Source: Paraphysomonas bandaiensis (taxonomy: Eukaryota > Protista > Chrysophyceae). Taken from it: DNA of 64,000 nt. Below, in pieces: positions 12,396-24,700 of the stretch. The stretch is taken from positions 870 to 64,869 of the forward strand of contig CBFFRP010000289.1 of NCBI GenBank assembly GCA_965644295.1. The letters are read 5' to 3'. Every line of letters begins with the position of its first letter. The first letter of the stretch is position 1. The notes below the pieces were generated by a model. That model was not told the DNA's origin, searched no databases, and saw nothing but the letters and a program-made list of their open reading frames with translations. A program made the translations under genes and the position numbers.

Positions 12396-13496
12396 CTAGA
12401 ACGGTGATAGATAACCTATTTTTAATCGTTAGTCATGAGCAACAGAATAATATAATAATTACATGAGATATACAACTATGTTTGTGTTAGTGATTCAGTA
12501 ATTCCTACTTCGAGAGTGTTTGACGTTAGTTCAGAGCCCCATTACCGAAGAGTGTACAGTAATGCAGCAGCGACTGGGATCTGGTATGTACCACTAATGG
12601 CCACAACCATCAAACCTCCTAGGGTTTTATCAGTTTTCGAAATATTACATTTTCTTTGACCTTTCAGACTTGGTACGGTAAAACGGTAATTGTTATACAT
12701 AACACTAATACTGGAATTTTGCAGTTCGTAATCATTGCAGTAGCCATCAATAATTCCGTTATGTAGTCATAGAATAAAACCAACCTAGTGACTACATCTC
12801 AATGCTACGATCTTTTTATTTTGATTCAGCGGTAAGGAATTCTTTTAGATCTGATGCAGCAGGAAACAATTTCCACGGCGAAATTAAAATTGCTCATTGT
12901 GGTCGTTTAGACTTATGGTAAGGTCTAATGTAGAGGCTCTCGAAGAATGGGGTTTACTAGGAGTTAAGAGTTGGAGGGATACAGTTTCAGTCTAATTCCT
13001 TCATGATATTGAGAATTGTCCCATGTGAGTTGGGATTGATGACAGGGTATATACATGACCCTTGCAGATACAATAAAGATATATATTAGTACCCTATCCA
13101 ATGCTTGCTTAGCTTTCGAGATCATAGATCCGGTACAAAGTGGGTTCAAAGAAGTTGGACAGGAGAGTATCGTGAATTTGATGCGCGACACGATTATAGA
13201 TATCATATCTTGTGATTGTCCACTGCGGCGCAAGGTGTCCGTAAATTGGGCAGGGTAGCAGGCAGCTCTGGAGTTTATGTGGTGTACGGGGGGCAGTATT
13301 CCGCTCTTGCAGCCGTATGTACGGATTGTAGTATGCTACGTACACAGTGATGCTGTATACGGTATACCAGTATACGGCGGTATACGTGTACTGTTCCATC
13401 CTATTCACCACTCTGCGCAGCTGCCCTCTGCACACTGCTCTCCTGTATATATATATATAAACATACAGGAAGGTCAAGTTACTCTCACATAACTCC

Positions 13497-16223
13497 ATGT
13501 GGGCCATCGAGTATGCGCACCCCTCTCATAATGGAGGACATGTGGTGGTATCTCTTAGGGGCTCTCATATCGTTGTTGCCCGGAGAGATGGGGACGTCGT
13601 GTTCCCTAATGACAACAGCGTGTCCAGAAAACACGCCCAACTGCAGGTGTCTAGTGAGGGGGTGTTTATCATTGATTCCAAGTCTTCTTTTGGCACATAT
13701 GTGAACGGAGAGCGCATAGCCCCCCATCAGAGGGTGCCTCTCGCTTCAGAAGACTGCCTCAAGTTCGGTAATGACGCCAGCGCAGTGGTCTTGAGGAAAT
13801 TATCATTTAAATTTTGCCCCACAAGACTAGACAAGAGCGAAAAGGATAGACTAAAGAAAATGGCTAAGGCTGTTGGGGCTGTAATTGTCAAAAGCATAGA
13901 TGACTGTACTCACTTATTTTGCAATAAGTTTTCCGCCACTGTGAAGACACTGACCGCAATTGTCATGAGAAAGCCGATAGTAAACCTCCAGTGGTTGGAA
14001 TCATTTGCATTACCAGATGGCGTTGCAGTTACTATACCAGATACCATGAAGTAAGTGCAATATAAATGTGTATAAGTTTAGCAGGGTAGAGTGATAGACG
14101 TCAACTTATGGATACGAATATGTGCTAAAACTCACTGTATTGTGTTAGGTTTTGTCCAGACGGTACCAGTGTTATGACCCCTCCGTCGATTCTTATGTCG
14201 CCTCGCGACAACTTACTGCAGAAATTCGTCGTTCTTATTCCGCATGTCAGAGACGTAAGTGCACACTTCTGTCAAAATGGGGTGTTAGTGTATTGCGTGC
14301 TTTTGTCAGGAGCAATATAGGAGCATTCTTACCCATTGTGGCGCTGAAGTTTATTCTCTAGTAAGTACGACATTGTCAAGGACTGTATTTTCTACGCCCT
14401 CTGTGCTGATGATATTGATATCGTGTATATTTTGTAGTATGTAAATAACAACACAGCCGGTGATTTGGAGGTTGAAGCCAGACGATTGCTGAGCACCTGC
14501 AAAGATCGTGACGCAGTTGTTTTCCTTGATGAGTGTTACGGTCCAGATGTACAGGTATTTGAAATCTAGTTCTATGTCATTTTTCTGTGATTGCTATGGC
14601 TCCACGCATCCAACCGCATGTGTGGTTTAGAAGTTGTGGTTGTAGATATGAGCCTCTTATATTTTTGTGGTGATTGTTTCAGCTTGCATGCATTTAATAT
14701 CCATTAATTCTTCCTGGTTGATATACTACAGACTACAAAACTGGTGCAACAGCTACGCGTTAGCTTTTTAGGATCTGGGGATTTGGCTACGGCGGTCTTT
14801 AGATTGACACCGCCAGTCCTGATAACGAATGGTTACTTTCCTTTTGTATTTGGGGTTAACGCTAATATATTTGATATAGAGATGTTGTCTCAACGGGCTT
14901 TAAGTCAGTACCAATCTCAGATGAACTCTCAGTCAAACATGTTATCGCAGATACATGCCTGCGGTGAACCCGAGCCCAAGGGGTATCTCCCTGAAGAAAA
15001 CTGTGATGGTTTCAATCGCAGTACTACGCTGGTTCAGTCTGAAGTTATAAATGCCTGTGAAGATTGTAATTTTACTGACGAAGAAGGACACAAAGAAAAA
15101 GTTCAAACGAAAGAAATTATTATTGAAGAAAAAAGTGGAGAACAACTACCTGCGCATCAGGCGGAAGGAATCGCGGTGGAGTCCAAGGAAGTATCAGATC
15201 AAGCTCCGCTGCGAGAGATGACACTTAAAAAAGAAATCGAAGAAGAGGAATTTAATTTTAAAGGCGTCCAATGCGTTGGTGACGATAAGAGACTACCTAA
15301 AGAAGAGTATGATAGACAGATCCCCGTAATTCGTTATGATGAAGACGAAGCTCACATACATTTTTCACATGCACGAGAAAAAGAGGTTGCCACCAAAAAG
15401 TGTGATACAAGCATGGATGCTGGAGATAATATTCCACGATGTCGATTGAAGAGAAGTATTGGTAAAAAGTCCTACTTTGGTGTTCTTGTGTCATATATTT
15501 TATTTACAGGTAATGTTGAGGACTGCATCCGTGCAAAGCGGTCGAAACCCGATCAATCACTCGCTGAAGATTACCAAGATCTACCTCAGGGTTTGTTGAT
15601 CGATGTTGAATGTAGTGGCTCGCCAAGCGATGGCAATGGCGTAGTTTCAACAGGACGACCACAACCTGATGCAGATGGATGGATTTCACTTTCTTGCCAC
15701 TCTTCTGGATACGAAGTATCACATACCCTCATAGGTGATGAGAGGTGTCTTGAGGCTGATCCAGAGTGCTCAAGCAGTAATACGTACATGCAACCAGTTG
15801 TTATTGAGAAGACATTTCAACTCAGAACCCCTGTTAGTGGCTCTATCGGCAACGCCAATAGCTCTGACATGTCCTGGTCTAGCAAGAAAGACAATAAACG
15901 ATTTAAGAAAAATATTGTGCGGAGAGTAAGCGGTGCGCCACTCAGGCTACAGAACATGGTGCGCGTTCTTCCAAAGGAAAGCGAGCGAGAAATTCTGGTA
16001 AGGTTGATGTGTGTGGCTTGAAGTGTGCACTAATGTTCTAATATCTATTTGGGTAGTTACGCCAAAACTATGAACAGGAAGCACAATCATTGGCAGACAA
16101 AGATACATTATTTTCCGACAGGTATATATTTTGTAAAAGTTTTTAATGCTTTCATTCATTGGTGGTTCAATGTTCAGAGTTAAAAGTGCAAAGAAAACAC
16201 AGAAAAGGTTATTTGGTTTTTGA
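13497..16223 (+). CDS. NBS1: Nibrin / NBS1 (MRN complex), multi-exon
   Basis: N-terminal FHA (DNSVSRKHA, SSFGTYVNG) followed by BRCT (CTHL...TVKTLTAIVMRKPIV..W). C-terminal KDNKRFKKN (Mre11-binding-like) and AQSLADKDTLFSD (like the ATM-binding EESLADDLF). Spliced end KRLFGF* at 16221-16223. Confidence 0.85.
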
Positions 16224-16594
16224 CGATCGTTTAAAATCGTCTGTTGTGAGTGCGATGCACGTAGTTAGTGTATCCTGTGTTTTGCACAACTAGATGGTCA
16301 TGTGCGTGTGTCCACTATATGTTTTCTAATGTTCGTTTGTAGTCGTAGTAAATAGTTGTGTAGCTGTAGTATATATATAATAAAAATTTTTGGGCAATCT
16401 AGATTTTATTATCAACATATGACATATTTGAGTGGGTAAACTTAATAACTTTAAATTAATTGAACGTTGGGCTCACCCAATAATCAATAAGTAAAATTAT
16501 AATGAACATCTTTTTCTGAGTACTACAATATGATGTGATATATGTATTGCGCAATAGAAGTGAGTTAATAGTGTGCAACATGTGAAATCAACTT

Positions 16595-16783
16595 GTTGAA
16601 GGTCTTTTATTTAGAAATAGGCGTTAAAAACTCGTTCCAATATAGTGGCTAGTTGAATGCTAGATCTACTAGTTAGACCTCTACCCATAACTAATCAGCA
16701 CAAATTCTATTATCCTACTATTTAGCGCTACAGAAGTTGCTTGTGCGTCGCCGCAAGCACCAAGGTGCAACCACTTCCGTTCA
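16595..16783 (-). mobile_element. Short retroposon-like repeat copy (family R) with 12-bp TSD
   Basis: Closely similar to 48548-48735 and to the reverse complement of 36245-36404. Flanked by TGAAATCAACTT at 16583-16594 and 16784-16795. Confidence 0.75.
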
Positions 16784-16835
16784 TGAAATCAACTTATAGG
16801 TAAATACAGTTACAAATTATGAAGTGACTATATAA

Positions 16836-17928
16836 CAGGGCTGCGTATCAATTAATTGTCAATTATTGAAATTGGGACATCAAATCATAATTGCAATATT
16901 ATAATTGACTCCAGCTTGATTCAATTAATTGATGTTTAAAACCCCACTTTTTTATTCTAAAAAGTTGTTAAAAAACAGCATTTTTAGGATAAAAATCGAA
17001 GATAGGTGAAAGTCTATAATATCCATAGGATTATCTATTATCTCCTATAGTAATTCATTTAACTTAATTAGCGATAAATGAGCGACAAACTAGCACCAGA
17101 AGTCATTGCACGAGTGTTATTAGAGAAAGTAAATGATAATAACAACGGCGAGGCTGCAATAGAGATTTGTCCTGTAGGAAAAGGGGCTCCACATTTTCCG
17201 TGTTTGACCGCTACTTGCTTCTATCATTCGAGTTTGGTTCCCACGTGTTAAGTCTAATGCCAAGAAGTAAAAAGGAGCATGCCAAGCTCGTGCAATACGG
17301 GAGGAATAGGAATTGTTTCAACTAGTATCCTTACAATATTACAGAAGTAAGGTAAGCACCAGCTTGACCTCTACGACGTTTGTACATTATTTGACGAACC
17401 CTTCATAATGCACCCGATTGTTGAGCGTCATCTGGGCGACAGCGCTGCTATTATTCTTAACGTTGCTTTCGAAAAGGCAGTCGTGAGATTCAATGTGGCA
17501 ACGAAAGGATCAAACTAAAATATTTTTGCTCGATGAGGAAGAAGAAGATTATGACGGTGCGAGTCTAGTTCCGAATGATGACGCAGCGCAACGTTTGATG
17601 GTAGCAGGCAGCGGAAGCGAGCAAGACTCGTTACCGCAGCATGCCACAATCAATAAGGTTGAAAGGTTGTTCAGTATTCCGTAGAGCTACGACTGTTATG
17701 ACGGGCTTGCTCAAGAGCTTTACTCCTCAACATTTAAGAGCTAATTATGTTTTTACGCATGAATCGTCGCCTCTGGAATGAAATGACAGTTGAGGTAGCT
17801 TTATTGGCAGCTAGTGTATTTTAGTACTAAAAATAATTGCAATGATTGAAATTGAGACAGTAAGTAATAAATTATAATTGACTACAACCTGTGTCAATTA
17901 ATTGGTAATTAATTGATACGCAGCCCTG
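16836..17928 (+). mobile_element. Non-autonomous hAT DNA transposon (1093 bp)
   Basis: TIRs CAGGGCTGCGTATCAATTAATT / AATTAATTGATACGCAGCCCTG; 8-bp TSD CTATATAA on both sides; decayed transposase C-terminal fragments (NKVERLFS, ELIMFLRMNRRLW). Confidence 0.92.
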
Positions 17929-18165
17929 CTATATAAGATATAAATACGGTATAGGAGTGACTGGTGATCATATGATAAACAGGACTTTCTGAGAACAATG
18001 TTCACGAGATGTTACATGAATATGTTAAAAAGTGTTGAGATTAATATTTATAAGTTTTTCTTAGAAGTACATAGTGTGCAACAAAGCAATAAGGTTAAGG
18101 TTAAGGTTAAAGTGTAGAGCAAGGTCAGCATCAAAGAAAATTTATATTCTAACAGTAGTGAGTAT

Positions 18166-18326
18166 CTTGTTATTAGCAATAGATGTGTAAGAGTTAGAAC
18201 TAATTTAGTATTGCAATTTAACTACTAACGCAGTGAGAAAAGAATGTTGATATATCTGACATCTGCTAACTTCAGGATTTTGAGTCCTTAAGATGAACAG
18301 CCCGAATGCTTGACTTCAGGAGGCAT
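18166..18326 (-). repeat. Family R partial copy lacking the structured core
   Basis: Shares TTATTAGCAATAG..GAGTTAGAACTAAT with 31746-31780 and the GATATATCTGACATCTGCT..CTTCAG block with 54205-54320 (reverse). Confidence 0.6.
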
Positions 18327-18861
18327 TCTTTTCTCATCGTTCATTGATATTCGCTGTAGTTATATTATTTCAACTACCACTCAATATTATCATACTTTAA
18401 TATTTCAGAATTCATAAAGCCTACCAACTTCAATGACCATTCGATTTTAATAAAGGTGATATCTGCATACCACGCGGGATAAAATTTTATCCTGATATGT
18501 ATGGCTAATGTTATTTAAACTTAATACCACATGTCGTACTAAATTTTTCTTCGCGCAATGTTTTGGCTTTAACGTGATGTGTCTGCAATTATTTCGATTA
18601 AGTTTCCAACTACTGCAGGATTAAGCAATTACGAAAATGGGTAACAGCAAAATGGTATGAGTCCATCGTTCAATTAGGCATGTAGACCCTTCGATCGACA
18701 GTGTATTATTACTAGATACTTTAATTCATGTCTTTATATAGCAGTGAGAATATAAACACGATGGTGAAGTACAAATATACTCCACCATATATCTACTATA
18801 TATAACATACGAAGTATACATAATTATAGTGCACTCTAGCCTCATGTGATCCTGTAATCGA

Positions 18862-19907
18862 TTATTTTTTCCATTCGAAGTACACAATCAAAGAGGACTC
18901 CTTATCCCACACGTCGTAGCATACGTCTTTGAGAAGAATCGCACCATGCAGTTGGACTATCTGTATGGAAACCAATGTCAGACAGGTACAAAAGTAGCTA
19001 AGACTACAAATGAAAACAAGAACTATGCTCAAATAAATAATAGCAACAAAACTATTTTAAGTCAAAAAGCAAACACCAAAAAATGGGATCGTTCGACTTC
19101 TCACCTGTCCATTGCATGACATACTAAACTGGATGTTATTCACATCGCAACCAACAAAGCTTTCATCAAGGACAATATAATGCTTCAGTACGTTTAGTGT
19201 CCAAACTGCAGGGGCACAGAGATAAGGTCGTTTTAGTTGCAGTTCGCCAACCTGTGAATAGCGATTACTTCACAACGAAGCGGTGTAGTAATGCTTGCGA
19301 ATTAGGCTTCTATATGGCGCGAATCAATTCAATACAATTATACCAGAGCGGTTTCATTTGTACCACGTACATGTTGCAGGCCTAAGTTCACATAGTCATC
19401 ATTTCTGGTAGCTGTTCGCTTCGAACCGGAAAGTGTCTGTGGTTTATAAGACCTAGATTTGCATGACGCTGCTCTAGACGCAATTTCGTCAGCTGAAAGC
19501 GGCGGAGGTAAACCTTTTCTAATTTCGGCAGCTTTTTCTCGTATAGCCATGACATGTTTTTCATGGCTCTCGCGGGCCTGTTCAAGTATTTGTTGGGATT
19601 CAATCGATTCTCTCTCTACTTCTTCTAGTATCGGCTGCACGGTATTGACAATACCAGCAACCACAGAGTCCTGTTGAAAGTACCGCTTGGAGGGGATATT
19701 TATGACGCAGATGGGACAGCTCAATTTATCAGTCCTGTTATCGCAGATACCACTAGCACAATCACGGCAGAATCTGTGCAAGCACAGTTTGAGCACAGAG
19801 GTGTTGACGAGGGGCGCCAGACACACAGGACAGATAAGGAGCGACCGCAGCTTGGAGGCAGATATATGGCCCGTATCGCTGTACCGCTCTCTTAGATCAT
19901 TGCTCAT
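18862..19907 (-). CDS. C3HC4 RING E3 ligase, RING1/PRC1-like with probable C-terminal RAWUL-type region
   Basis: LICPVCLAPLVNTSVLKLCLHRFCRDC...CPIC...SKR resembles the RING1 RING finger. Spliced downstream exons end LKDVCYDVWDKESSLIVYFEWKK*. Confidence 0.7.
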
Positions 19908-20401
19908 ATCAGTCACAGCCTGTGCACTATAAGCTACACGCTGTGAGTGTGAGTGGATTCCATTGCTGTGCTCTGCGGTGTTGTGCTCTTTCGGGTTGGT
20001 CTGGTATGGACACTGCTGGGAGTCGTACTCTGCTGTATTATGTAGAGTACAGCAGCTGTGAAGTGGGTAGATATTCTTGCTTCTGTACGGCTCAAACCGG
20101 CATCATGTGAAGTATATGTACATGTGTATGTACTATATGTAGGATTCCTACCCGCGTATCGGCATCCGGTGTATATTTTTGTTCACATATGCCTCTAATA
20201 TTGAGACAACAATTATGTGTAATACAGCCGTAGTTGTATGTAAGTAATATAGAGTATTTTTATTACAATTAATTACCGAATAATAAGATGCTGACTGCCG
20301 ATACGCGTGTACTGCTGTGTGTGTGTATCGCATCATATCATACGCACATATCTGTACCCACAGGGACAGTTCTGAAGTCACTACACTCAATAAATATTGT
20401 C

Positions 20402-20914
20402 ATGAATTTCTTCAGCAGGTCGGATAGTACTGAAGGCGTTATATGTCCGAAGATGGACCCTCCATTGATGACACCCTCGATTGAAACTGCAGATCTGTGT
20501 CTGGGATGATTCTGGGGGCCTGATGTCGAGTTCAGTGCTATGAACGGCGTCAGGCAAGTTACCGTCGGATATGCCGGAGGAAAGAAAGAGTTTCCCACTT
20601 ATCGGTCAATTAAAGACCACACAGAGGCTGTTAGAGTGGAGTATGACCCTGCTGTTATATCGTATGCTGGGATACTGCAGTCATATTTCGATCAAGTAGG
20701 AGGGAGCATGTTCTACCCTAGCTTCAGCAGACAATACAGAAATGCGATTTTGGTGCATAATGATGAACAACGCCGTGTCGCTAAGTCGATGATTTCGAAG
20801 TATGCAGCCAATGGGAGGGAAGTCCACCTCGCCATAGAAGACGCAACGGACTTCTATCGTGGCGAAGAATATCACCAGAAGTACCTTATTAAATCTCAAC
20901 GGTCGAGCCTATAA
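20402..20914 (+). CDS. MSRA: Selenocysteine-containing peptide methionine sulfoxide reductase A
   Basis: One frame from ATG 20402 to TAA 20914. In-frame TGA at 20507-20509 lies exactly at the catalytic Cys (G-U-FWG). GYAGG, PTY, DHTEAV, QYR and FYRGEEYHQKY are intact. Confidence 0.9.
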
Positions 20915-20935
20915 CATGTTCGTACGAATATATAC

Positions 20936-20987
20936 ACATCCACAGAATGGCAGCAAATGAATCTATATTTGCTAGATATGTGGACGT
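20936..20987 (+). promoter_or_regulatory. Candidate atypical SECIS hairpin
   Basis: Helix I ACATCCACA/TGTGGACGT, core ATGG...AGAT, helix II AGCAAATG/TATTTGCT and apical AA, about 20 bp after the MsrA stop. Confidence 0.4.
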
Positions 20988-21736
20988 GCTTAACTTACTT
21001 CTATGGTATTCGCAGAACCTAATAGCTGTATGATTTTTGAAAATAAGAGATTGTTCTCGTGAAATATGTATATATGGAAACATTTCTTACAAGAAAATTT
21101 CAATTAGAATTTACAGTTCTGCAATACAAATAAAAAAATATGAACCCGACGTTGGTTAGTAACTAAGACACAGAAGTAGGCTAAGACCGTACGTCATAAC
21201 TCGTTTTCAAATTCTCAATATTTTAACGCTCTTCGAGTAAAGAATGTTGCATAAATGTCCATCCTCTAAGGAGAAGCTGATCAAACTTAAGTAGTGACTT
21301 ATGTTACAATGATAGTAATTGACCTAGTTTTTGAAGTATGCAGAATGCATAGACAACTGAATCAAGTAAACTCAGTACTCTCTTAAATAAAATTGTGATA
21401 ACCTGGTGAAGTACTTTCATGTTTCTGCTGCACATCATACTACTGTATTATGAATCTCTAATGAGATTAAAGATGATAATAAATAAAAATGTCTCCAGCT
21501 ACGTGCAATAGTAATCTAGAAGACAGTGAAACAAAATTATCCACTAAGGTCATAATATGAACTTTGCTCATGAGACCAGATAAAAACACCAATATCGCGA
21601 AGACAGAACTAGTCAATACTTCAGTAATTATTAATCATATTATTACGTGATAACTACTATCACAGAATGATAAATAGTTTGATACTCACCACACCTGGTA
21701 CCGCGGTATTGAATACACAAAATAGACTGGGATAAG

Positions 21737-24700
21737 TCAATACAATCTATCCTCAGTTATATTTTTGCGCAGACCACGTTTTCCTCTCTGAGCCACAACT
21801 GTGTATAGTGACACAAGAAGATTTAAGACTCTAAATATTGCCATATTCAATAAAACTATGTAAAAGCAATACCACTTCGTCTTTCCTCCCCACCCAAACA
21901 AGTTTAAGTAAGCCTCATATGTAGAGTAGTACACCTTTGGCCCATCAATAGTTGGGAAAGCGTCGTCATTATGAGCATACTCATTGATAAAAAGGCCCTG
22001 TGAGAACCATCGAATAATGCTTACACTTGGCAACCAAGACCTCATCCACTCGGGATAAGTGGCAGGTTTGAAAATGAGGCCCGAGAAAAAAAAGAGCAAG
22101 AGGGATACGCCTGGAATGACGCTGTACGCACTTCGCACATCAGGTAACGTGTACACAATAGTAGTAACCATAGTTGTCCCAGCAAGCATAATCATCCAGG
22201 TTGTAAGATAGTAGAAGCCCGCGCCTGCATACATATTATTGAACTCAGAATGAAACTTACGAGACATACGTACCATCCTCATTGAGCTCAAGAATTTCAT
22301 GAACGATAACTGCATACACGAAGGCTTGCACTGTGCGCAATAACATCAGAGGTAAATCGTCAACGATCCAATGGATAAAAGCAGAGTAAAGACCACGCGA
22401 ATGTTCTCGAAGGAAAACCTGTGTAAAACGTCAGGAAATTATACAACTGCAAAAATTATGCAGCACCTCATTGTTGTGGAATAGAAAGAACACGAACTGG
22501 ACATTGGATATGATGAGTAGCAGTGCTCCCATAGCAAAAACTGCGGTGACCGCGGAAGCCTCATCCGTGGATTCGCCCAAAATCCACCCAAAGTTGAATG
22601 CGATAAATAATGCAACGATTGTCGATCCAACCACGAGCTTGTATCTCTTCATGAGAGTATACCATGAACGTCTCAACAAAATTCCAGCTTTCCTGCTCTC
22701 CAAAGATAGATCCATGTTCTTGACATTTTGCACCGCATTACTTACGGACTCCATAAACAAAGCACACATGAGCATCTTGGACGACCCACCCTTAGGACAT
22801 ACAGTACTTTCCTCGCGCCCAATGTCAAACGAGGACACTGGAGTGCCCTGTGACCCGTCCGAGTTTACCCTTTGATCTTTTCGCACAGAGCCTGATTCCA
22901 GAGATGAGTTTATAGAGGAACCTGTGGAAGCAGGCAACCCTGCCATAAGCGGATTGTTGAATGACTGAACGCCACGGGAGTTAAAATTAGAAGCCAGGAG
23001 ATCTGATGTATCAGGGGGGACATAACGTTCGCATAGCTCGCTCTCCTTGTAGTAGTGCTCCAGTACAGGGGCATCCACATATTCCCCCTACATGAGCATA
23101 TGATTAAGGCAGCAACAATGGAAGGAAATAAAAACCTTCCTATTGTGAATCAGAGAGCCTGATACATCGAAAAGAAAGTCCGCAGGGTTAGCATATTCAC
23201 TGAAATCAAACTGTAGCTCGGGCGCGTCTAAAAAGAATGCTGCTGCTTCATCGGCTCTTCCCATATAGATCAAACGCCCCTTGCTCAGCAAACACAGGGT
23301 GTCGAACAGTTCAAACACGGCTGCCGACGGCTGCAGAATATTATCCTTCATATATCAATATAGCATATTTATGGTACCTGATGCATTGTCGCAATAACAG
23401 TACGCTCTTGGTTGACCAGCTCTCTCAATGTACCAGTCATGATTATTGATGCGTCCTTGACGTTAAGATTGGATATTGGCTCGTCAATCAGAACCAGCTC
23501 CGGGCCATGTACAATTTCTTCCGCGATCGAGAGGCGCCTACGCTGACCGAATGTCAAATCCTTTGTTCTGACGTCCATGACACTACCGTGTATACAATAT
23601 ATCAGAAAAGTCAACATTTCGTTTCGGAAACACTCACTCAGTTAATTGTAAAAGCTCCAATGTCTGCTTCACGTTGAGACCAACTTGCTTAAACACAGTT
23701 CGATCTGCACATCGTAACTGCATGGCATACGTAACGACATCGCTGACTGAGAGGTCACGAAGGTGCTCATCAACCGCTTCAACAAACGCACATCGCTGCC
23801 ATGGGGGTATGTTTTTATTAATCGGTTTTCCGTTGTAGAAAACTGTGCCATTGACAGTGGTGGCTGTTCCCATGTGTTGTCCCCCCAGAATATGTAGTAG
23901 AGACGACTTTCCTGCACCCTCGGCACCCATAATAGCACTGAGCTTACCCCAGTCGAACCTTCCTGTGACTCTGTTCAGTACATTCTTGTAGCCCACTGGA
24001 CTCCGCCTGTCTGGCACACGGAATGTTACATTACTAAAAAATACAGTGGGACCTTGTGCAACACCGTCTCCTTCTAGACCCGTCGCAGAAGGCTGGGATG
24101 TAATATGCGTTTTTCCGGTCACAGATGACTCACGTAGAAATATATTAGGCTTAACAGGCTCAGTCAAACGACTAGAAAATCGAACATCTTCAAACTCCGA
24201 CTGACGCTCCTCCTCGGTTAACTTCTCTGTGCGTCGTCGAAGTGTGTTGGGTGCAGGAATAAGCGCTAGAAACAATACAGCCAAATCGAATATAAGGAAG
24301 TTGATAAGAATAGGGTATACTTTGTGTTTGTGAAAGGTATCGAAGCTGTATCCAGAGAGAAACTTATCACCGTCAGGATAGGAGGCGAACTTCCAAACCA
24401 TGAGAGCCTCATAAGCCCAACGCAAGGGATTTATGACAGATATGTCCACAATGGCATCTTCCATAGCATTTTGCTGAAACATAAAACCCGATGTCATGGA
24501 GTTCATGAACAAACAAAATAGGAAGAAATCTCTGACGATGATCTCGCGTCGCGAAACAGCTGCAAACATGAGGGCAGTGGTAAATCCCAGAACAGAAGTT
24601 AAAGCATGCACGCCCATGTAGAAGAAGTAGTTATCAACGCCAGATTTCATATTGGACATGTAGTATGATATATTCGAGAATACAAGTCCGAAAAATATAG

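Noticed and set aside
18089-18112. (TTAAGG)3-4 telomere-like run
   Set aside because: Too short and differs from TTAGGG; likely a simple microsatellite.
20507-20509. Alternative genetic code (UGA reassigned generally)
   Set aside because: UGA serves as a normal stop in other genes here (e.g. NBS1 at 16221-16223); the read-through is specific to the MsrA catalytic site.
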